DNA of 64,000 bases from Azolla caroliniana (taxonomy: Eukaryota > Plantae > Polypodiophyta). The position numbers and the translations under genes are program-made. The stretch covers positions 4,154,001 to 4,218,000 of the forward strand of contig JBHGNT010000022.1 of NCBI GenBank assembly GCA_043228905.1, read 5' to 3'. Below the pieces are notes generated by a model. It was not told where the DNA came from and made no database searches. It was given only the letters and a program-made list of their open reading frames with translations. This document shows positions 10,500 to 23,498 of this stretch, piece by piece. Positions within the stretch are counted from its first letter, which is position 1; each line of letters begins with the position of its first letter.

Positions 10500-13400
10500 T
10501 GTAAAAACAAATAGCGTGCGGAAGCAATAAAAAAACAGAAAATAGAGAACATGTTTAATGGAGAGCTTAACAGTACACGGGAGAGACAGAGAGCAAGAAC
10601 AAGAATCTCTATTCAAAAATTATATCAACGCTTTGTACATCATATGTGTTCAGCGAACACTTTTATACATGTCCATACGGGCTGACAGAAGTACGATGTA
10701 CTGCAATGCTCACTCGAGTGTCTGACACTAACTACGAGAGTAATAACTCCCTAGTAGTCTAGCTGCTACTACGCTTCTGATTACTGATGGATCTGGCTAA
10801 CCGGCTCCCTAGCTCACCGGCTCTTTTGCTCACCGGGTGCTCACCGGCTCACCGATCCGTCTAGCTCACCGGCTCAGGCTTATCTAGCCGATCCGGCTCC
10901 AATTAAGCTTGCCGGTCAACACTCCCCCTCAAGCTCAACTTGGGGTCCGGTCGTAGTGTCAACGTCTGTGGCAACCGGTCCTTTTGCCCGGCTCCTTCTG
11001 GCGTCACACCACCTTGCTCGCGCTCCTCGTCCAGTCCGGTTCTGTTTGCCGCGACCCCTCTTGTTCTGCACACCTCGACCTCCTCGGTCGGCTTGTCTTC
11101 TCAATAGGCCCAATTAAGCTCCCTTGTTGTTGTGACTTCGGCGCGTGTCGATTCGCCAATTCCTTCGTGTTGGCGTCGACTTTCGTTGCCCTCTCATCCT
11201 CTTGGCCTTCAATTGATCCGGTTCTTCTAAATCTGTCTGTTGAACCGAATCGATTGTCTCCGATTCATTCCAGCTCTTGTCCGAATCAGTTGCTCCCGAT
11301 TCGTCTTTTGGTTCCAAGCCCTTCACCACATCGAACCATGTCCGGGTCTTGGCCTTCTTCTTCCAGTCGGCTCTGTCTTTCTTGACTCTGTTGTTGCTGC
11401 CGCTTGTTCCGACTTGTTCAGATGTGTCGACTTCCTTTGTCGACTCAGCTCCTTTCTTCTTCTTGACTCTCCCTTTATCGGTTCTTCCCTCACCGACGCA
11501 ATAGGCAGTCTCTTTGCCTTTGCCCGTTTCGGTGTCATTGCCCGTTGCCCGTTCTCTCCCTCGAGTGTGGCACGTTGAGATGTTGAACACCAAGCATTTC
11601 GGTGAAGTGCTGCAACTTGTCCGATCTGAATGGTTTGGTGAAGATGTCGGAAACTTGCCGATCCGTGTGAACATACCGAAGTTCGACGTCACCGCTCAGG
11701 ACATGCTCACGCACGAAGTGATAGTGCACTTCTATGTGCTTTGTGCGAGCATGGAATACAAGGTTCTTGGCGAGCTGCATGCTGCTTATGTTGTCGCGGT
11801 AGATAAGAATCGGGGTCGGTACCTCGATCCGTAGGTCGCCGAAGCCAAATGGCTTCACAGGTGGCAATGGTACCGCCCCGTTGGTTGCTTTTTGCTGCTC
11901 CACGCAACAACCGCGCTACCTAGGGAAAACATGTAACCGGAGGTTGATTAGCGATCTGATGCATCGTCATCCCAGTCGGCATCTATGTAACTGACCAGCT
12001 CTTCGGGTATACCTCGCCGGTATAATAGTCCCCGGTCCTTCGTGCCACTCACATACCGCAGTATTCGGTGCGCGCACTAAGGATGCTCTGTGGTCGGCTT
12101 TTGCATGAATTGGCTAATCACACCGACCGGATAGCTGATGTCGGGTCGGCTTCTGCATGAATTAGCTAATCCGGTCCGGAGTCGGGACAGAGCTTCTGGT
12201 TCCGGTCTAAGGGAGTAGAGATAGGTCGGCATTCCATCATGCCGAACTTGTGCAACATATTCAACACATAGTGCCTTTGTGAGAGCAATATGCCGTCGGG
12301 GGTTTGGATCACCTCGATCCCAAGAAAATAATGAAGGTCCCCCAAGTCCTTCATCTCAAACGCATCCGACAACTGGGACTTGACTCGGCTGATTTCATCG
12401 AGTCCGGGTTCGGTGATGACCAGATCATCAACGTACAACAAGATGCAAACCGGATCGTCCAGACCTTGCCGGATGAACAACGAAGAGTCAAACTTGGAGG
12501 CCGCAAACCCCATCTTACGCAACCGGTGCGTGATCTTCGCATTCCAAGCTCGGGGGGCTTGCTTCAGGCCATAAAGTGACTTCTTCAGCCGGCATACCGC
12601 CGACTTGTTCATCTCCATCTGGAAACCGGGGGGTTGTATCATAAAGACCTCTTCTTCAAGATCTCCTTGAAGAAATGCATTCTTCACATCCATATGGTGA
12701 AGATGGCACCCCCTTGCCGTTGCAACCGCCAGCACCACACGAACCGTCGTCATCTTCGCTACCGGAGTGAAGGTCTCGTCGTAGTCGATTCCGTGGGTCT
12801 ATGCGTATCCCTTCACCACTAACCGGGCCTTGTACCGGATAACTGAACCGTCGGCGTTGTACTTTACCTTGTACACCCACTTGCATCCGATCGGTTTACT
12901 GTGAAGAGGAGGGTCAACCAGGTCCCATGTATCGTTGGCATCAAGTGCTCGCATCTCTTCTTCCATAGCGGCACGCCAATGTGCGTCCTTTGTTGCTTCT
13001 GCGTAGCTCTCTGGCTCACGCACTTCCGCCACCTTGGTCATGTACGCATAGTGATGCGCAATGTACTCATTGTACTCATACCGCTTAACAAGTTCCTTCT
13101 GGCGGGTTGACCGGTGTAACCCACCGTTACCCGGTTTGAGGCCCTTCTTGGTCGGTTCTGGTCTTCGGTGCCGAAGAACCGTCATTTTCCTTTCCGGAGT
13201 CGGATCCGCTCTGATCTGACTCGGCATCTTCTTCTTCCCCTTCTGTTTGCGTGTGAACCATTTCCTCGGTTCCTTGCACGGGGAGAGCACGGCAAAGTCT
13301 TCATTACTCGCTGGTTCTTCTTCTGACTGGTCGGATTGACCCAGTCTCTCGTTCGGCCCACTCAACCGAAACGATTCCGAACTCTCTTCTTGAGTCCCGG

Positions 13401-16276
13401 ATTCATCATCTTCTAACTGGACTGGTTTAGGCTCACTAGCCTCATCCTCCGGTATCGGGTCGGGGTCAGAAGTCGGAGCTGGTAAGGCATACCATGATGC
13501 CGTCTCATCAAACTCAACATCGCGGCTAACTCGGACCTGCTTCGTCCGGGGGTTATAACTCTTATACCCCTTTTGCTCATGTGAGTAGCCGACGAGGATG
13601 CACTTCTCCGATTTTGCATCCAGCTTCCTCCGCTTCTCATACAACACATGTACATATGCTATGCTGCCGAAATTTCGAAGGTGTCTCAAATTCGGCCTGC
13701 ACCCGTAATACATCTCATGCGCGAACACCTTGTCACCAATCCGGTTTTGGATGTAGATAGCCGTTCGGACCACCTCCGCCCAGTAGAAATGGGGCATGCT
13801 CTTCTCTTCCAGCATTGCCCTTGCTGCGTCGACAAGCGACCGGTTCTTCCTTTCGGCCACGCCGTTTTGCTCCGGTGTGTATCTGCAGCTGAACTCTCTC
13901 CGAATTCTGCTGCAGATAGTTGTTGAATTGGCTGGAACAATATTCTTTTCCGCCATCTGACCGCAAGCACTTGATCTTCCTCTCTCTGATTCTCGTTCCA
14001 CCATGCTCTGGAGGTTCCAGAAACAGTCGAAGACTTCGATCTTCTGCTCAATGAGGTAGATCCATGTCTGCCAGCTATAGTCGTCGATGAAGGAGACGAA
14101 GTATCGACTCCCGCCAAGACTCACATTCTGCGTCGGTCCCCATACATTCGAATAAAAGGTTGAGCTTGTTACGGCTACAGTTTTGTTCGGCGGGGAATGG
14201 AAGCCGGTGTTGCTTCCTAAGTTGGCAAGCTTCACATATTTAGGACTTCCGGCCACTAAACTTCGGCAAATTAGAAACAACTTGTTTTGTTTGCAAGTCT
14301 TGAAGCCGCCGGTAATTGACATGGCCGATCCGCTTGTGCCAGAGGTCGATGTCCGATTCAACCTTCTGTCCTTTGGCGAACAAGGTGGTGCCGACATCAT
14401 TGGTGTCGAGGATGAACATCCTCCCATCTCTGCGCCCTTGCGCGATAATTTGGCCCTCCTCCTCGATGAAGCAACTGAGATGCGTAAACCGCACCTGCAT
14501 TCCTTGGTCAACGATCTGTCCGACCGACACCAGGTTCTTCGTGATAGTCGTAACGTGTAATATGTTCATCAGCTTCCCCCTCTATCCGACGTGGCTCAGG
14601 GGAACTTCTCCCACGTGCACGATTGGGTGAGGAGTGTCGTCTCCGGTTTCGACAACTCCCAGTTGTTCCGGTTTCTCCAAGAAGGAGAACCACTCTTTGT
14701 GGCTTGTCATGTGATTTGACACACCGGAATCAACGTACCACACTTCCTCCAATTTGGAAGTGGTCTTCTTCATCGAGTTTGCCTCGTGCTTCATCACCAA
14801 GACTGTCTTCTTACCGGTCTTCCCGGTTCTGGATCCTCTCAATCCTTGTGCGTAGTGCGAGCTTTGCCGGTTCTCCCGACCGGTTTTCCCGGATCCAGAT
14901 CCGTCCGAATCGGCGCGCTTCTTCTAGCACTCTCTTTCTCTATGGCCCTTTTTTCCACAGTACCAGCATTCCGTGGCGGATTTGTCTTGCTGGCCTCCGG
15001 CGCCAGCTTGACTCCCCCTGCTTGTGGAAGTCCCGGAACTGCTGTCGGCACGGTCTCTGTGCGGTCGGTCTTGCCCTTACCGGCTTCCTCCATTGCGTGC
15101 CGACCCGCCTCGTCCACCACGCCCACGGGGCCGATCCGCCTCCGTGTACAACATCTGGCTGTCAATGGGTGCACTTGTTGACGCACCGGCGTGGTTCTCC
15201 TCTACAAGGAGCATCGACTGTAAATCGAAAAATGACGGCGTATTCTCCCTCGTAGATATTGTTTTCTGGAAAGCTCAGAACTTAGACGTCAGGCCCCCAA
15301 GACAAACTTGTACCATCTTGTCTTCCTCTACAGTGACGTTGATAGAGGCAAGAGTCATAGATCTCTTTGATTCGGATCGTGTAATCAGCCACCGACATGT
15401 CCTTTTGTCGGACATTGCTCAACTCATGTCGGAGTTGCAGCTTTCGGGTTGTGGTGCTTGTGGCAAACACCTTCTTTAGGTTTCCCCAAGCCTCTTTCAG
15501 TGTCTCGGCATCTCAGACGTGTCTCAGTAGCTGGTCTCCGACACTGGACGCAAAGCAATACATCACTCTGCTTGCCGATTGTTCCCATACCGGGAAGTCC
15601 TTGTGTGCCACATCAGGTGTTGTGTCGTTAGCTCCGTCGACATAGCTCCAGTAACCATGCCCAAGCAGGTACGGGTGCATATTGTATGATGAAGATGTGT
15701 AGTTGGATCTGTCGAGCTTCTCCACCGGAAGTGAGCTAGCCATTCCTTAATCCATTGTTTTTTTTTTTCTTCTGTTCTTTACAAAGGTTAGGTTTTCTTC
15801 TTGTGAAAGCGAATGTCGGCTACAGAGGTTCTTAACCCTCGCGCTCTGATACCATGTAAAAACAAATAGCGTGCGGAAGCAATAAAAAAACAGAAAACAG
15901 AGAACGGGTTTAATGGAGAGCTTAACAGTACACGGGAGAGACAGAGAGCAAAAACAAGAATCTCTATTCAAAAATTATATCAACGCTCCGTACATCGTAT
16001 GTGTTCAGCGAACACTTTTATACAGGTCCATACAGGTTGACAGAAGTACAGTGTACTTCAATGCTCACTCAAGCGTCTGACACTAACTTTGAGAGTAATA
16101 ACTCCCTAGTAGTCTAGCTGCTACTAGGCTTCCAGTTACTAATGGATCCGGCTAACCGACTCCCCAACTCACTGGCTCTTTTGCTCACCGGGTGCTCACC
16201 GGGTCACCGATCCGTCTCGCTCACCAGCTCAGGCTTATCCAGCCGATCCGGCTCCAATTGAGCTTGCCGCTCAACA
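10500..16276 (-). mobile_element. Full-length decayed Ty1/copia LTR retrotransposon
   Basis: 422-bp LTRs at 10500-10921 and 15855-16276. TSD CTAGC (10495-10499, 16277-16281). PBS TGGTATCAGAGC at 15843-15854 (minus); PPT TTGAGGGGGAG next to the left LTR. Domain order gag, PR (WYVDSG), INT (FIDD, TPEQNGVAER), RT (YVDD), RNaseH (FHARTKHIEVHYHF). Same lineage as the element at 1953. Confidence 0.96.
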
Positions 16277-16350
16277 CTAGCATCAGTGTATAATGTTGGC
16301 ATGCTAGTTAGTACATTGAATTGCCTGTCATAAAGTATAACTTTTGTTTT

Positions 16351-16692
16351 TGTATAAGACCAAAAATCAACCAAAGGTTCTTGAAAATACACACCATGAC
16401 ATTTTTGTATCCCATGAAGACTCTCAGAGTTGGGAGGATATAGAAAGAGGAGAGTGATAGGAAAAAAACATTTTACGTTGAAGCACAATAGCCACAATAT
16501 TCCCAATCGAACAAAGAATGATGTATAAGACCAAAAATCAACCAAAGGTTCTTGAAAATACACACCATGACATTTTTGTATCCCATGAAGACTCTTAGAG
16601 TTGGGAGGATATAGAAAGAGGAGAGTGATAGGAAAAAAACATTTTACGTTGAAGCACAATAGCCACAATATTCCCAATCGAACAAAGAATGA
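16351..16692. repeat. Near-perfect 171-bp tandem duplication
   Basis: Unit TGTATAAGACC...AAAGAATGA starts at 16351 and 16522; one substitution seen by eye. Confidence 0.95.
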
Positions 16693-17030
16693 ATAAGATG
16701 GTGTAACGTTTCTGGCAAGCTTGAGCTTAAATATGGGCCTAATATTGTGATCGGGAAGCTTGATGTTTTGACCCAAAAAGGCAATTGATAGTTGAGAAAA
16801 GGTTTTTAAGGATTCCATTTTCCACCGTCCAAAGGTGTTGACAACGATAAAAAAGCCCGACAAAAAATATAGAAATGCGAGTCAATAAGGGTAAGATATG
16901 ACAGAAGAAATAAGGATGACACTAAGTTTGACCCATGTTTCAAGAAGGGAGGCAAACATGTGAATATGAAACCCAATGTGTGTTCGATGTGTTACCATAA
17001 TAAGACCTCACACTATATGTTCTTAGAACA

Positions 17031-17129
17031 AAAACCTTAAACCTTAAACCCTCCCTAAACCCTAAACTTTAAACCCGAAACCCTAACCCTTAAATCATAA
17101 ACATTAAACCCTAAACCTTCCTTAAACCC
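17031..17129. repeat. Degenerate plant telomere-like (CCCTAAA)n tract
   Basis: Roughly 13 imperfect AAACCCT/AAACCTT units. Confidence 0.85.
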
Positions 17130-17275
17130 ATGTCCAATTGTTGTTCACATGGAACCTTTCTCCACTTCGGTCTTCAAAGTTCGCATTTGAATTATTTGCT
17201 ACTACCACCAAGATCTTGTTTCCCTCGGGTTCACGCTTAGAGTTGCACCACGAGCCTCTTACTCATCAAGGCCTC
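17125..17275 (-). rRNA. Degenerate 26S/28S LSU rDNA fragment (pseudogene)
   Basis: Plus strand AACCCATGTCCAATTGTTGTTCACATGGAACCTTTCTCCACTTCGGTCTTCAAAGTTCGCATTTGAATTATTTGCTACTACCACCAAGATCT matches, from recall, the reverse complement of a conserved eukaryotic LSU rRNA segment. Weaker similarity continues to ~17275. Confidence 0.85.
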
Positions 17276-17724
17276 AAACATCAACTAAGAATGTAAAATG
17301 TGTAAGGCATGCACCAAGGATCTATTCAGTGCCAACTCAATGGTGACATTTGATGGTATGTATACTCAAAAATGAACTTATGCATTTGTGGGCCGTCATT
17401 GTTGAGAATTCATTGGCAAGCTCTGGGCATGAGAAACCGATGCTAACAGTTTGTTGTGTAATGATGTCGACCCTCGTGAGCCATCGATCGTGTGATACAC
17501 GCTATGCCTGCTTTGTTCGTCTGAATTGCTACCAACTAACTCATAACGGACTCCTTTCATTGAGAGCTTGCCCGTGTATAGCGTCTGAATTACCAAAGAG
17601 TCCGATGCGAACAAAAGGTCCTTCTGAGATGGACCGCAGATGGATGGATGTGAAACCCCCCCCACATGTACCTACATGCTTGGCTGGCAGCTCGCCTGTG
17701 ATCGATCGACGAGCGTAAGATTGA

Positions 17725-17832
17725 CTAACCCTAAACCCTAAACCCTAAACCCTAAACCTGTAACTGACTATTTGCTTCATGTCTCGAGAATGACTAAACC
17801 AAAACCCTAAACCTTAAATTGAGTAAACCTCA
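17725..17832. repeat. Telomere-like (CCCTAAA)n tract
   Basis: Four perfect CCCTAAA units at 17729-17756 plus degenerate units at ~17794-17832. Confidence 0.85.
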
Positions 17833-18539
17833 AACTGACGATTTGAGATGGTTGTGGACGACCAAAAGCTTCGATTTGTCAATATCGCCGGCCGGTCACC
17901 CCGAGGTTGGAGAAGGCTTCTCCTTCTCCTTCTCCTTCTTCTAGAATGTTCTAGACAGATCCACTCATCATTCTAAAACAAACCAATCTCCTCTCTTCTT
18001 TCCTTCCTTCCTTCCTTTCACAGCCTGCTCAAGGCGACATGGAAGCTCGACCCCCAGTTTCAGATTCTGTCAGCCTCCAGCATCCCATCCATCCACAGCA
18101 AGGCGCGCTTGCAAATGTGGAGAGCAGCATGGCTAATCCCCCGTTAATGGCCGACCTTAACTCTAATTCTGAGCCTTCTGATCATCCAGTGTTGGGAAGG
18201 ACTGATCTTCCATCCGATGATACTACCAGTGAATCTAGTAATGCTAGTCCTATTCAACCTCTGAGTGCTTTGCAAAGGATTCATTTGAGGCTCCAGACGA
18301 GCTCATGCAAAATCAAGGACTTTGTTAGCGATAAAGCTGATAGGTTGAAGAATGCATTCTCACCTTAAAAGAGGAGGAGGAGGAGACTAGATGTGTGGAA
18401 CAGGTGTTATCATGATATATAGCAAGGTTTCTTTTTCTTTTTCTTTTGGTTATTTCCCATGTTTCTTTCATACATGTAACAATAACGTTTCTCCTATGGT
18501 TCTGATACGCATAAGGATCTTCTTCGTTTGTTACGTGTG

Positions 18540-19190
18540 GCATCTTCTTTTTCTATGGATTGGATGCTGATCAGGTTGAGGCTTTTCTATGGTTTGGATT
18601 GCATATAATGATCTAAATCTTCTTCTGTCGTTTTGATACATATAAGGACGGGGATTTTCTATGGTTTGGATTGCATATAAAGATAATCTTCTTCTGTCGT
18701 TTTGATACATATAAGGACGGGGCTTGTCTATGTTTTGGATTGCATAATACGTATCATATGCTTCTATGGAATATTTGATACATACAAGACGGTCTATTTC
18801 TATGGTTTTGATACATACAAGATAAGGCCGGTTTTGATACATGTAAGATAAATTCTTCTCCTTCTTTAGTCTTGACGCATCTATGGATCGTTTTCTTCTT
18901 TTGGTTTGATACATCCATGTATCTACTTTGTCTGTGGTTTTGATGCATGCATGGGACCTTATTTTCCTACAGTTTTGATGCATGCAGGGGATCTTCTTTT
19001 ACGGATTTGGTATCTTATTAATCAATGGTTTCATATAGATAGGATTCGTTCTTTATAAGATAAATTTTCTGTGATTTTGATATACAAGGTTGTTGTTAAA
19101 TCTGTTGTGTTGATACATATAAGGCTCCTGTTAGGTTTATAACTTGATACATACGTACAGGTATAACTTGATACATACGTACAGGTCCTA
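18540..19190. repeat. Degenerate minisatellite (~35-bp subunits, core TTTTGATACAT / TTTGGATTGCAT)
   Basis: Recurrent TTTGATACAT and TTCTATGGTTT motifs; two near-identical ~70-bp dimers at ~18585-18745; 24-bp duplication at ~19138-19185. Confidence 0.8.
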
Positions 19191-20564
19191 TTCAGATTTT
19201 TTTTTTCCTCGTCCTTTTGTGTGTCCGATACGTACTTTTGAACTAGTTTCACTTTAGTTTCTTTTGAATTTAATTGGATTGGTTCATCTCCTCGTGTGTT
19301 TCTTGTTCATGTGTTTGTTCAATTTCAATTATATGTTATGATTTGATGTCTAGTCATGATGTATACAATACCATCAGTGGATCTCAGATTTTGATCCAAT
19401 GCAATGATTTCTTTGCAATTTGGCATTTGGTGATTTCTGTCTTGTTGTATTCTTATAATATTTCGCCCTATGAACTGTAAGTGTAATCATGTTGATGTGT
19501 TCATCATAACTTTTGAATGCCAAAATATAATGACGGTTGGTAATACCATTTGATATAATCATGGTTGGTAACACCATTTGAATGCACATCCGATGCGCGA
19601 ATAATCGGTCTGTTTTCACATGAATGCATCTGTTAATTGTATATATATATTTTGGGATTCTGATGGTCTGCATATGGCGATTGCCATTTAGTACATACAA
19701 GATTTCATCATGGCAGGATGTTTTGTAGGTATACTGTTGGATATATTTTCTCTTGAAATGTGGATGATATCCAATGTTTTTCTCCTTTTGATGTCTAAAA
19801 GGGCTTCTATATCTGTCTCTCTTACATTTTTTTCTTGTTTCATCGAATAATTCAATTGTAAGATCATCATTGATATGAATAGTGGCTGACTATGCATTCT
19901 TTGGATTTGTAGTACTTTGGAATCTTTCAATTTCTGGAAATATGGGCGATGAATCGCTTAAAGGCATGGTTTGAGATATGAGTGCTTCTCAATTAATATG
20001 CTTTTCAGATAGAGAAGAGCATATGTGGGGGAGTTCTTTTTTAGTGGATTTATTCTTTGAATAGCAACCATAATTGTACTCCTACCTTTTGTTTTTCTGA
20101 GTTGATACCCATATTGTTTCATTGCCTTATATTGATCTAACAGATTGAGATGGTGGATGTCTTGTTCTCATTCTTTTGGACTTATAATGTGCAAATAATT
20201 CATCACTAACCATGGCATTCAATAATGATCAACCATAGTATGTCCTCTATTCGATTTCTGTGTTTGTTTTGAGACCTAATGCAATGCTTGTCATTAGGTA
20301 TTTTTTAACATATTTGATGGTTGTAAATAATGATCCTCAAAGCTACTACATGATATCCATAGTGCACCAACACTTGAAGAGGATCAATGATCATAAATTT
20401 CATCCAATACATTCAATTTATTCTAGTAGGGTAGTGAAGGAAAGACCTATTGTGATGTATGGGATGGGCTTAGTACATGGTGAAGATAGAACTTGACCCT
20501 CACAAATTTATGACTTCGATGCCCTAGTGTAAGCCACCAAGGAGATATGTAGATAGATTAGATT

Positions 20565-23380
20565 CTATTATCGTCTTCGGAGGTCAAATATGACCAATGA
20601 GACCAAAAATATTATATTTCATGTGATACGTGTGAAAGTGAGTAGCGACTCTCAATGTTCAAGAACTTTACCAATGAATGATGCAATTGAGAGTGCACAT
20701 TGTGGTTGTGAGAGAAATTCGTGCAAGGATTGGGCTTGGTCGAAGATATGTGGAAAGCATGGTCGAATATGATCAAAGGCAGAGCATTGTATCAAAGTGT
20801 GATACTCAGACTCTCAAACTTATTTAATTTAGGGCAAAGTGTGCATAGCCAACACTCTCTCACTCGTGTCCCAACGTCGTGTCTCACATTGTAATGTATG
20901 TGAGCTAAGTCGCATGGACGCAAATAAGGGGATGGGCTCTAACATGTATCGATGTGTAGTATAATGAGTGAAGCATGAGCCTCCACATTTGTCCCATGTC
21001 ATGATACATTAGCATTGCAAAAATGCCTCATTTACAAAGGAATCTAGTGATGCATCATGAAGCAAGTGTCTTGCATCCTATCAACCAAACCATTTTTCCA
21101 TATATTGCATTCAATTAGAACACAAAATTTTACTTTTATGTGTCTTTTGGATCTTTTTGCTTGCTTCCCATGCAATTCTAGGAAGTTGATGTGAGGGACT
21201 TTTTTGAACCTTAAAAGCATGTATTCAACAACCCTTTCCATGGCTATCATCTCAATGGGAAGCGATCCCATCTCAAGGAGGAGGGTGTACGACGCTTGTT
21301 TCTTAACTTGTAGAAACTTTGTAAGCAAATGTTTCAGACATTTTCAAACTCTTTCCACGTAGATATAAGGATGCTACCGCCGCATACTTCCACCCCCTAG
21401 AGAAGTACCAATGTCACGAAAGTGTCGAAATAATATTTTTTGAGGACCCAACACATAATATCTCCATTATGTGTTCTCAAATGCATAGTATGCTCGCTTG
21501 CCCGCTTTTAAGTGGCGTGTAACACATTTATTCCATCTATGATTTGAAGGAACTTCAAGGCCGAGATATTTGAAGCGTTCTTTTGGGAAAATAGGTCCCT
21601 TCGGATGGGAAGAAGAGAACGGACTGAATCCAAATGGGTAATTCGGTCGAGGTCGAGGTCGAAACCGAAAACCGAAAACCGATGATATAATTGATTCGGG
21701 AGACTATATTTGTAAATAGTCTAAATGTGCCCCATGTGGGCTATTTCTGTAAATAGCCAGAAAGTTGTATAATTGTAAATACAACTAAGGCAAACTTTAT
21801 GAAGTGTGGTGGTGAATCATTAGTGTCGTTGAATATAATTGTATAATTACTGACGAGCATAATACGTAAAATTCGTGTTCATCTAGCATAACATTCGTTT
21901 TCCTACGTTGGAAAATGAATGCGAATGTTATTCAAACATTCTTGTATTTTTTTTGTTTCCCCCCCCCCCCCCCTTTTTAAGTTTTTGTCCCTTTTTTATG
22001 TTTATTTACCTCATAATAAATAGTTAATCCAAAAATATGGTATTTACCATTCTTCTAGGGTGTTTTCCATACTCGAATGGTTGAATCATTCATGAATGTG
22101 GATGCACGTATGAAATGTATCCAGTTCATACTATGCTGACGAGGTCGTTGCCTCTGTAACTGTGTGTGAGAGAGAGTGTGTGAGAGTTAGTGAATGTCTA
22201 TTCTATAACCGTCTGTCTGTCAGACGAAGAAGATCTCAAGGTCGTTGCCTCAGAGTTTCTTATTGTACTTCCTCTCAACATAGTGATTTAGTTTCGAGTT
22301 TGTGGACTCCACATGTTTTTTCCCATTCGGGATTTCCACGTTAAAATTCTTCTGTCTCCGTACTTTCGCGTTTATCTTATTCGATTCTTTGCACCCCAAC
22401 TATACATACGGAAACCGGTTGTGGCCGGTTATGATCTTAACACTTTCCACACATTCAAGTGGCACATTTTGTACATAATGCACGGTTTATCTCTTTTTTA
22501 GCTCTTCACAAGCATAATCTTTGTTTTAGAGCTATTGACACTTAATTTAATATGCATGCAAATTTTTTCCAATGCCTTCATATGCTTTTGTGCATCCCCT
22601 AAAGTATTTGCAAAAAGCACTACATCATTCGCATATAGCAAAAGCATAATGACAACATTCCCAATCGCAACTTCTTCAACACATTCTTCTTTTACGAACT
22701 TGGCAACCCTTTCTTCCAATTCATTAATGCATAGACCAAATAGAGTTGGTGAGAGTGGGCATCCTTGCTTAACACCAATAGTGCTATTGAAAAAATTTGA
22801 AATTTTATCTCTCATATGCACACAACATATAACCTTCTCATATATTTGGGAGATTGCAAGCATATATTCACTGGGCACCTCGAGTTCTTCCATTCGCCTC
22901 CAAAGATGCCCACGAGGTACTAGATCAAAAGCTTTCTTGAAGTCTACAAAGAAACAATATAAACCTTTACCTCTAAGGCGGCTTCCTCAATTAAAATTCG
23001 AAGGGTGACAAGGTGATCAATGGTATTTTTTTCAGCCCATTCACTTATCTTTGATTCCATTATACATCCAAATAATTTTTCCATTAACGAGCCAACCATG
23101 ATGGTTCGATAGTTGTTTACATTATTTACATCTCTACCTTTATGTAAAGGTTTGATTCAATTTGTAGTCCAATCATACGACATACCTTTTTGCAATTCAT
23201 GATTAAACATATTGCTTATCCATACATGTGCTTCCTTGCCCGTCCATTTGAGCATTTAAGCCTTTATACATTGAAGATCGCTTGCCTTTCGAGAGACCAA
23301 TTTCTTAAGTCATTTGCATATATCTTCAATTGTAAGGGAGAAATATGTGAAAGACAACCATAACAAATCATCTTTCCGGC
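20565..23380 (-). mobile_element. Decayed non-LTR retrotransposon (RT plus C-terminal domain; RTE or L2/Crack-like), split by a solo LTR
   Basis: CFFVDFKKAFDLV, GVKQGCPLSPTLF, LLYANDVV, VNSSKTKIM, VESFKYLG (interrupted at 21581-22442), LLEMGSLP. Confidence 0.85.
21581..22442 (+). mobile_element. Solo LTR inside the LINE
   Basis: Starts T(T)TTGGGAAAATAGGTCCC (compare 53725 TGTTGGGAAATTGGTCTC), ends CTTAACA. Near-TSD CGTTC/CTTTC. Removing it restores the LINE VESFKYLG reading. Orientation is inferred from the 53725 copia. Confidence 0.8.
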
Positions 23381-23418
23381 AAGAGATAGCTCATATAAAT
23401 TCTTACAATGCGTAAACA

Positions 23419-23432
23419 AGAGAGAGAGAGAT

Positions 23433-23495
<63 letters not shown>
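23419..23495. repeat. (AG)n microsatellite at a LINE 3' end
   Basis: About 38 AG units with two AT interruptions. Confidence 0.95.

Positions 23496-23496
<1 letters not shown>

Positions 23497-23498
<2 letters not shown>

Noticed and set aside
16204-16863. 219-aa ORF with an internal repeat
   Set aside because: Artefact of the 171-bp (57-codon) duplication running into an LTR.
18540-19190. CRISPR-like look (conserved core plus variable spacers)
   Set aside because: Spacers are homologous to each other, there are no cas genes and the context is eukaryotic; it is a minisatellite.
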